From: Candidatus Methylomirabilales bacterium
GTDB taxonomy: Bacteria; Methylomirabilota; Methylomirabilia; Methylomirabilales; CSP1-5
DNA: 10,940 bases
Assembly: GCA_046758505.1 (NCBI GenBank)
Contig: JBHIAH010000085.1
Coordinates: forward strand, 1 to 10,940
Direction of reading: 5' to 3'
The translations under genes and the position numbers were made by a program. Below the pieces are notes generated by a model. That model was given only the letters and a program-made list of their open reading frames with translations, was not told where the DNA came from and searched no databases. This document shows positions 1-5,945 of the stretch, piece by piece (position 1 is the stretch's first letter; each line of letters starts with the position of its first letter).

Positions 1-369
1 GAAATTTCTCATTGACACGCCCTTTCACCCCTCGTGGCAGAGCTTTTGCAAAACGGTGGGCATGACGCTGTCCATGTTCGCGATTACGGACTGCAGGCGG
101 CGGATGACGAAGAGATCTTCGACCGTGCCGCCCGTGAAGGACGCATCATCCTCTCCGCGGATACCGATTTTGGAGCCCTCCTTGCCCTACGTCACGCGGC
201 CAGCCCCTCGGTGATTCTGTTTCGTCGCGTCTCCCCTCGGAGACCTCAGGCTCAGGTGAGCCTACTGCTCGAGAACCTGCCAAACGTGCAGGATGCCCTT
301 GAAGAGGGGAGTGTGGCTGTATTCGAGGCAACACGGGTACGCGTTCGGCCGTTACCGATCGGCGGCTGA
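1..369 (+). CDS. DUF5615-family PIN-like protein (VapC45-like putative TA toxin); start codon off the left edge and apparently frameshifted at ~17 (possible pseudogene or sequencing error)
   Basis: Frame 2 reads K-F-L-I-D (2-16). Frame 1 reads A-L-S-P-L-V-A-E-L-L...GHDAVHVRDYGLQAADDEEIF...GRIILSADTDFG...SVILFR to TGA 367-369. Joined, this gives the typical 'MKFLID(N)ALSP...GHDAVHV...D..I...A...R.I.S.D.DF' pattern of DUF5615 PIN proteins (recognised from memory, not searched). Confidence 0.8.
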
Positions 370-593
370 GCATAGAATCCCCGCCCACGCCCGGCACCAT
401 CGCTGGCGCACCACCCACTGAGACGCCTTCTCTGGCTTCGTACGGCGGACCGTGGTCTGGCTTGCGATTTGCCATTCGCACGGTAAACGGAGTCTAGATC
501 GATCGCCTCGACTCCCATCGAATTGATCGACCGCTGGGACGCCCTGACGGCCGTTGCTCTCTGCCTCCGCACCCGTTGCCCTATCTCCCCTCC

Positions 594-610
594 GGCACAA
601 TCATTGTGCC
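594..610. promoter_or_regulatory. Perfect 7-3-7 inverted repeat GGCACAA-TCA-TTGTGCC; candidate dimeric transcription-factor site
   Basis: The palindrome is seen directly in the intergenic region, about 125 bp upstream of the predicted -35 of the M50 gene. Function is inferred. Confidence 0.35.
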
Positions 611-734
611 ACCTGCCGATATCGCAAGTTCCGGCCCCCCAGGCTGGACAAGGCTCATCTCGCCGTTGAGCCAGCGGGTCATGCTTTCGGTGCCATTGCG
701 GAGAAACACGAAGGGCTGTGCGATTTTCCACCGA

Positions 735-764
735 TTGACAAAGGAGGGGTCCCTTTGATAGCGT
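735..764 (+). promoter_or_regulatory. Sigma70-type promoter for the M50 protease-trpS unit
   Basis: Consensus -35 TTGACA (735-740), 18-nt spacer containing an extended -10 TG (756-757), and -10 TAGCGT (759-764). A GGGAGGGAGG RBS precedes GTG 804. Confidence 0.6.
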
Positions 765-803
765 GCGTGCAGTCCGGCCAACGTATTCCAGGGGAGGGAG
801 GCG

Positions 804-1442
804 GTGTTTGATCTTGCTTCCGCCATACGCCATCTGAGCATCATCACCCCTCCGATCCTGCTGGCCCTGACGATTCACGAATGCGCCCACGCCTGGGTGG
901 CGGATAGACTGGGTGATCCGACCGCTCGGATGCTCGGACGGCTCACCCTGAATCCCCTCTCCCACCTGGACCCCGTTGGAACGATCGGACTCTTTCTGTT
1001 CCGCTTCGGCTGGGCGAGGCCGGTTCCGGTGATGCCTTCCAATTTCAGGGACCCGCGCCGCGATATGGTCTGGGTCGCGCTCGCCGGACCGATGACCAAT
1101 CTCTTCCTGGCGGCGATCAGTGCCCTGGTACTCCGTATGGCCCCCGTGCCCGCCTTCCCGGCCGAGGGGGCCTGGTGGGGAGCGGGGGTCGGTACCCCGA
1201 TTTTCTTTATGCTCCGGGCCAGCGTACGCTACAATGTGATTCTGGCGATCTTCAATGTAATCCCCATCCCCCCGCTCGACGGGAGCCGAATGCTCTCCGG
1301 TTTTTTAGGGCCTACCCAGACACTGGCCTACCGGCGGATCGAGCCTTACGGGGTGATCTTGCTGGTCGTTTTGATCTTTACGGGAACGGTGGGACGGGTG
1401 ATTTGGCCGATGATCTCCATGGTGGAGGCATTGCTCCTGTAA
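804..1442 (+). CDS. Site-2 protease family (peptidase M50) membrane metalloprotease, short form without PDZ/CBS domains
   Basis: HExxH zinc motif (HECAH), GDPTA...GRLTLNP, GWARPVPV, VALAGP and NxxPxxxxDG (FNVIPIPPLDG); several hydrophobic segments; strong RBS. Confidence 0.93.
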   Translation: MFDLASAIRHLSIITPPILLALTIHECAHAWVADRLGDPTARMLGRLTLNPLSHLDPVGTIGLFLFRFGWARPVPVMPSNFRDPRRDMVWVALAGPMTNLFLAAISALVLRMAPVPAFPAEGAWWGAGVGTPIFFMLRASVRYNVILAIFNVIPIPPLDGSRMLSGFLGPTQTLAYRRIEPYGVILLVVLIFTGTVGRVIWPMISMVEALLL

Positions 1443-1466
1443 CGCGGGTGGCTTTGAGGGAGACGG

Positions 1467-2453
1467 ATGCGCGGGGGACGGGTCCTGAGTGGCATGCGGC
1501 CGACGGGTCGACTCCACGTCGGCCATCTGTTCGGGGCCTTGGAGAACTGGAGGCGGCTCCAGGAGAAGTACGATTGCTACTTCTTTGTGGCCGATTGGCA
1601 CGCCCTGACGTCCGAGTATGCCGATCCGGGCCACCTTCAGGAGCATATCCACGAGATCGTCCTCGACTGGTTGAGCGCGGGAATCGACCCCGAGAAAGCG
1701 GTCCTCTTCATTCAGTCTCACCTCCCGGAACATGCGGAGCTCCACCTCCTCCTCTCCATGATCACCCCCCTCCCATGGCTGGAGCGGAATCCTACCTATA
1801 AGGAGCAGCTACAGGAGGTGACCAACAGGGACCTCAGCACCTTCGGGTTCCTGGGTTACCCGGTACTGCAGGCGGCAGACATCCTGATCTATCAGGCGAA
1901 CTTTGTCCCGGTGGGGGTGGACCAGCTTCCCCACGTCGAACTCACCCGCGAGATCGCGCGGCGGTTCAACCACCTCTACAAGCCGGTCTTCACCATTCCG
2001 GAGTCGATGCTGACCGAGTTTCCGAAGATCCCGGGGACCGACGGCCGAAAGATGTCCAAGAGTTACAATAATTGCCTTTACCTGTCGGATCCTCCGGAGA
2101 CCGTTGCGGAAAAAGTGAAGCCGATGGTCACCGACCCGGCTCGGGTCCGGCGGGGGGACCCCGGCAACCCGGACGTCTGCCCCGTCTACGACCTGCACAA
2201 AATCTTTACGCCGAAAAAGGAACGGGAGAACTATGTGGTGCCCGGCTGTCGGACGGCGGCGATCGGGTGTCTCGACTGCAAGGGGGTGCTGCTCACGCAC
2301 ATGCTTCCGGTCCTCTCCCCCATCTACGAACGGCGGGTGAAGCTCGCCGAGCACGCGGGACAGGTGGAGGAGATTCTCGCCGCGGGGACCGACCGCGCCA
2401 GGAAGGTGGCCGGGGAGACGCTGAATGCGGCCAAGGCGGCGGTGGGGATCTGA
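1467..2453 (+). CDS. trpS: Tryptophan--tRNA ligase (with a C-X22-C-X6-C-X2-C cysteine motif)
   Basis: Class I motifs SGMRPTGRLHVGH (HIGH) and KMSKS; GYPVLQAADIL and VPVGVDQ (GxDQ); RBS GAGGGAG upstream. Confidence 0.97.
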   Translation: MRGGRVLSGMRPTGRLHVGHLFGALENWRRLQEKYDCYFFVADWHALTSEYADPGHLQEHIHEIVLDWLSAGIDPEKAVLFIQSHLPEHAELHLLLSMITPLPWLERNPTYKEQLQEVTNRDLSTFGFLGYPVLQAADILIYQANFVPVGVDQLPHVELTREIARRFNHLYKPVFTIPESMLTEFPKIPGTDGRKMSKSYNNCLYLSDPPETVAEKVKPMVTDPARVRRGDPGNPDVCPVYDLHKIFTPKKERENYVVPGCRTAAIGCLDCKGVLLTHMLPVLSPIYERRVKLAEHAGQVEEILAAGTDRARKVAGETLNAAKAAVGI

Positions 2454-2454
2454 A

Positions 2455-2534
2455 GCCGGAAGGGAACGGAGCGCCACGTGAGGCCCGGACACTCCGGTCC
2501 GTGTGCTCGATGCCGATCACTGGCGCATACCGGC
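2455..2534 (+). other. Extended interrupted stem-loop immediately after the trpS stop (3' structure or non-canonical terminator candidate)
   Basis: Nested arms: GCCGG 2455-59/CCGGC 2530-34; GCGCCA 2471-76/TGGCGC 2521-26; GTGA 2478-81/TCAC 2517-20; GGC 2482-84/GCC 2512-14; CGGAC 2486-90/GTCCG 2497-2501. No U-tract follows. Confidence 0.4.
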
Positions 2535-2550
2535 AACTCGCGTAAAGCCC

Positions 2551-2579
2551 TTGACGGACGCTACATGTTGGGGTAAAGT
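2551..2579 (+). promoter_or_regulatory. Sigma70-type promoter of guaB
   Basis: -35 TTGACG (2551-2556), 17-nt spacer, -10 TAAAGT (2574-2579). Predicted TSS ~2584-2587, about 36 nt before the ATG. Confidence 0.7.
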
Positions 2580-2621
2580 GACTGACATCACCAACTCCTG
2601 GGAATGGAGAGGAGAGGTGTA

Positions 2622-4091
2622 ATGCTAGACGGGCGGTTAGAAGAGGGGCTCACCTTTGACGACGTCCTGTTGCTTCCCGCCAAGTCGGAGATCCATCCCC
2701 GAGAAGTAGATGTCTCCACGGGGCTCACCAGGCGCATCCGGACCAACATCCCCCTGATCTCCGCAGCCATGGACACGGTGACCGAGGCGCGACTCGCCAT
2801 TGCACTGGCCCGGGAGGGGGGGATCGGCATCCTGCATCGGGCCTTCTCGGCGGAGAGGCAGGCGGCGGAGGCGGACAAGGTCAAGAAGTCGGAGAGCGGG
2901 ATGATCGTGGACCCGATCACCGTCCGCCCGACCCAGAAGATCCATGAGGCGCTCGAGATTATGGAGCGATACCGAATCTCGGGCGTGCCGGTGACTGATG
3001 CAGAAGGAAGGCTGGTCGGCATCCTGACCAACCGGGACCTCAGGTTTGAGACCAAGCTCGATCTTCCCATCGCGGGGGTCATGACCAGAGATCGTCTCGT
3101 GACCGCGCCTGTCGGGACCTCTCTCGAGGAAGCGAAAGAGATTCTTCACCAGAATCGGATCGAGAAGCTCCCGGTGGTGGACGAACACTTCAGGCTCAAG
3201 GGACTCATTACCATCAAGGACATCGAAAAGCGCCGGAAGTACCCCAATGCATGCAAGGATGGTTTGGGGCGACTCCGGGTCGGGGCGGCGGTGGGGATCG
3301 AGGAAGACGCCGAGGCACGGGTCCCCTCCCTCTTGAAGGCCGGCGTCGACGTGATCGTGGTGGATACCGCCCATGGGCACTCCCAGCCAGTGATCGAGAC
3401 GGTCCGCTGGATCAAGCGGGTCTATCCGCAGGCCGAGGTGATTGCCGGCAACGTAGCCACAGCCCAGGGCGCAGAGGATCTGATCCAGGCGGGAGTTGAT
3501 GGGATCAAGGTTGGGATCGGTCCCGGTTCAATCTGCACCACCCGGGTCGTGGCGGGGGCAGGGGTTCCTCAGGTCACCGCCATCGCGACGTGCGCCGCCG
3601 TCTGCGATCGGTATGGGATTCCCATCGTCGCTGACGGTGGGGTGAAGTACTCGGGAGACGTCACCAAGGCCGTGGCCGCGGGGGCCCATGCGGTGATGAT
3701 CGGCGGGCTCTTCGCCGGGACGGAAGAAAGCCCGGGGGAAACCGTGATCTATCAGGGTCGCAGCTACAAGGTGTACCGGGGGATGGGGTCGCTGGGGGCG
3801 ATGCAACGCGGGGGACGGGATCGCTACTTCCAGGAGCAGGAGACGGAAGAGGGGAAGCTGGTTCCGGAGGGGATCGAGGGCCGGGTTCCTTACCGGGGGA
3901 CGTTAACCGCGAATGTCTACCAGTTGGTGGGGGGGCTGAAGGCCGGGATGGGGTACTGCGGGTGTCGCAGCGTGGAGGAGCTCCGGCAGAATGGCCGCTT
4001 CACCAAGATCACGAATGCGGGCCTCAGGGAGTCGCACGTCCACGACGTGATTATCACCAAGGAAGCGCCCAATTATCGAATGGAGAGCTGA
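2622..4091 (+). CDS. guaB: Inosine-5'-monophosphate dehydrogenase (with tandem CBS subdomain)
   Basis: [19 protein letters not shown], a CBS pair, DTAHGHS, catalytic loop [21 protein letters not shown] and [14 protein letters not shown] 2622 is preferred over 2604 because SD AGGAG (2610-2614) lies 7 nt upstream. Confidence 0.98.
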   Translation: MLDGRLEEGLTFDDVLLLPAKSEIHPREVDVSTGLTRRIRTNIPLISAAMDTVTEARLAIALAREGGIGILHRAFSAERQAAEADKVKKSESGMIVDPITVRPTQKIHEALEIMERYRISGVPVTDAEGRLVGILTNRDLRFETKLDLPIAGVMTRDRLVTAPVGTSLEEAKEILHQNRIEKLPVVDEHFRLKGLITIKDIEKRRKYPNACKDGLGRLRVGAAVGIEEDAEARVPSLLKAGVDVIVVDTAHGHSQPVIETVRWIKRVYPQAEVIAGNVATAQGAEDLIQAGVDGIKVGIGPGSICTTRVVAGAGVPQVTAIATCAAVCDRYGIPIVADGGVKYSGDVTKAVAAGAHAVMIGGLFAGTEESPGETVIYQGRSYKVYRGMGSLGAMQRGGRDRYFQEQETEEGKLVPEGIEGRVPYRGTLTANVYQLVGGLKAGMGYCGCRSVEELRQNGRFTKITNAGLRESHVHDVIITKEAPNYRMES

Positions 4092-4358
4092 GCGTCGGGA
4101 GCGGAGACGCAAGGCTCGGAAGATCGTCTTTCCTTGGGTGAGCAATGAGGGCGGGTAAGCCTTTCTCTCCCGACCGGTACCGACGCGGTATCAGGTGGTG
4201 ATCAGAAGGGTGAGGCTCGCCGTTTTCGTTTCCGCCGCGGAAGGTTTCATCTGTCGGCCCGTCCGTGTTGTCGAGGATACTCGGTATCCTGGCTCGACAT
4301 CGTCACGGCAAACAGCATCGCGCGACGCATTGGTCCTCACCTCTCTCCGTGCAGTCGT

Positions 4359-5894
4359 ATGATGGACACAATCCTCATTCTCGACTTTGGCTCGCAGACC
4401 ACCCAGCTCATCGCCCGGCGGGTCCGGGAATGCCGAGTCTACTGCGAGATCCTTCCCTGTCATAGCCCGATCCAGGTCATCCGCCGGCTCGATCCGAAAG
4501 GGATTATCCTGTCCGGGGGGCCCGCCAGTGTGTACGATCGGGATGCCCCGCTCCTGGATCCGGCGGTCCTGGCCCTCGGCTGCCCTGTCTTGGGGATCTG
4601 CTATGGGATGCAGGTGGTGACCCACCTGTTGGGTGGAAAGGTGATTGCCGCGCAGGAGCGGGAGTATGGCAGGGCCGAACTCCACGTCGATGACCCGTCG
4701 GACCTGCTCGCGGGGCTGGGCGCGGAAACCGTTGCCTGGATGAGCCACGGTGATAAGGTCCTGGCGCTCCCTCCCGACTGGGTCCCCATCGCCCATACGT
4801 CAAGCGCGCCCTATGCCGCCATGCGGCACGCCACGCGCCCCCTGTATGCCGTCCAGTTTCATCCGGAGGTGATTCACACGCCGAAGGGGCGGCAGATCCT
4901 CGAGAACTTTCTCTTCAAAGTCTGTGGCTGTCTCCCGACGTGGACCATGCGGTCCTTCATTGAGAAATCGGTCGAGGAGATTCGGGAGACGGTGGGAGGG
5001 GAACGGGTCCTCTGCGCGTTGAGTGGGGGGGTGGACTCCTCTGTCACCGCCCTGTTGGTCCACAGGGCCGTCGGGGAGCAACTGATCTCGGTCTTTGTCG
5101 ATAACGGCTTCCTTCGCGGAGGGGAAGCGGCGTCCGTGCTGCGCACGTTCCGGGAATATGGCAGCCTCAACGTCATCGGCGTGGACGCCGCGGACCGCTT
5201 TCTGCGCGCCCTCAAGGGGGTGACCGATCCGGAGGAGAAACGGCGGATTATCGGGGCCGAGTTTATCGGGGTCTTCGAGGAAGAGGCAAGGAAGCTGGGC
5301 CGTATTGACTTTCTGGCCCAGGGGACCCTGTACCCGGATGTGATCGAAAGCCAGCGAACCCGAGGGCCTTCGGCCACCATCAAAACTCACCATAACGTTG
5401 GTGGCCTCCCGGGCACTATGACATTTCGACTGATCGAGCCCCTCCGAGAGCTGTTCAAGGATGAGGTGCGGGACGTGGGGAAGGACCTCGGTCTTCCAGA
5501 GAGCATTCTCTGGCGACATCCATTCCCCGGTCCGGGTCTCGCGGTCCGCGTGCTCGGCGAGGTGACGAAAGAGCGGTTGGATATCCTCCGGTCGGCGGAT
5601 GCGGTTGTGGAGGAGGAGCTCAAGAGTGCCGGACTGTACCGGGACCTCTGGCAGAGCTTTGCCGTCCTCCTCCCGGTGAAGAGCGTCGGCGTGATGGGCG
5701 ATTCTCGGACCTACGAGAACGTCGTGGGCCTCCGGGCGGTCACATCCGAGGACGGCATGACCGCCGACTGGGCCAGGCTGCCTTCTGAGGTCTTAGGCCG
5801 TATCTCCAGTCGCATCATCAATGGGGTGAAGGGGGTCAACCGGGTCGTGTACGACGTCTCCTCGAAGCCCCCCTCCACCATCGAGTGGGAGTAG
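4359..5894 (+). CDS. guaA: GMP synthase (glutamine-hydrolysing)
   Basis: ILDFGSQ, GATase triad motifs GICYGMQ and QFHPE, PP-loop [29 protein letters not shown] and C-terminal [10 protein letters not shown]. Start is ATG 4359 or 4362. Confidence 0.98.
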   Translation: MMDTILILDFGSQTTQLIARRVRECRVYCEILPCHSPIQVIRRLDPKGIILSGGPASVYDRDAPLLDPAVLALGCPVLGICYGMQVVTHLLGGKVIAAQEREYGRAELHVDDPSDLLAGLGAETVAWMSHGDKVLALPPDWVPIAHTSSAPYAAMRHATRPLYAVQFHPEVIHTPKGRQILENFLFKVCGCLPTWTMRSFIEKSVEEIRETVGGERVLCALSGGVDSSVTALLVHRAVGEQLISVFVDNGFLRGGEAASVLRTFREYGSLNVIGVDAADRFLRALKGVTDPEEKRRIIGAEFIGVFEEEARKLGRIDFLAQGTLYPDVIESQRTRGPSATIKTHHNVGGLPGTMTFRLIEPLRELFKDEVRDVGKDLGLPESILWRHPFPGPGLAVRVLGEVTKERLDILRSADAVVEEELKSAGLYRDLWQSFAVLLPVKSVGVMGDSRTYENVVGLRAVTSEDGMTADWARLPSEVLGRISSRIINGVKGVNRVVYDVSSKPPSTIEWE

Positions 5895-5899
5895 CGGAC

Positions 5900-5940
5900 G
5901 TCCTTCTTCCCGGATCTCGGGCGCCCGCATGAGGGAGGAC
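5900..5940 (+). promoter_or_regulatory. Anti-SD hairpin covering the dnaE ribosome-binding site
   Basis: GTCCTTCTTC (5900-5909) pairs over 10 bp (two G-U) with GAGGGAGGAC (5931-5940), which contains the SD GGAGG. Confidence 0.5.
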
Positions 5941-5945
5941 TCGTG

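Noticed and set aside
2..8. AAATTTC as a programmed -1 frameshift site explaining the PIN gene break
   Set aside because: The heptamer is out of phase with the AAA-TTT-CTC frame, and shifting there would hit TGA at 13-15. The switch must occur after position 15, where no slippery site exists.
12..17. TTGACA as a -35 element
   Set aside because: It lies within the Ile-Asp codons and has no -10 hexamer at a 16-18 nt spacing.
461..628. 8-bp inverted repeat CTTGCGAT (461-468)/ATCGCAAG (621-628) as MITE ends
   Set aside because: Short, with no target-site duplication seen and no second copy in the window; compatible with chance.
252..965. Several short or medium ORFs in and around the 370-803 spacer (252-965 -, 554-811 +, 581-847 -, 352-600 -)
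   Set aside because: They overlap real genes or the predicted promoter and show no recognisable domain. A tiny gene or remnant cannot be fully excluded without a homology search.
1443..1466. T-box riboswitch upstream of trpS
   Set aside because: The gap is only 24 nt, and I found no T-box core (TGGNACC with AGGG context) here or upstream of the M50 gene.
4358..4363. TATGAT as the -10 box of a leaderless guaA transcript
   Set aside because: It overlaps the start codons themselves, so transcription would begin downstream of the ATG. No matching -35.
4265..4465. 66-aa ORF as a guaA leader peptide
   Set aside because: Near-cognate start buried in a hairpin, no SD, runs out of frame into guaA, and has no informative composition.
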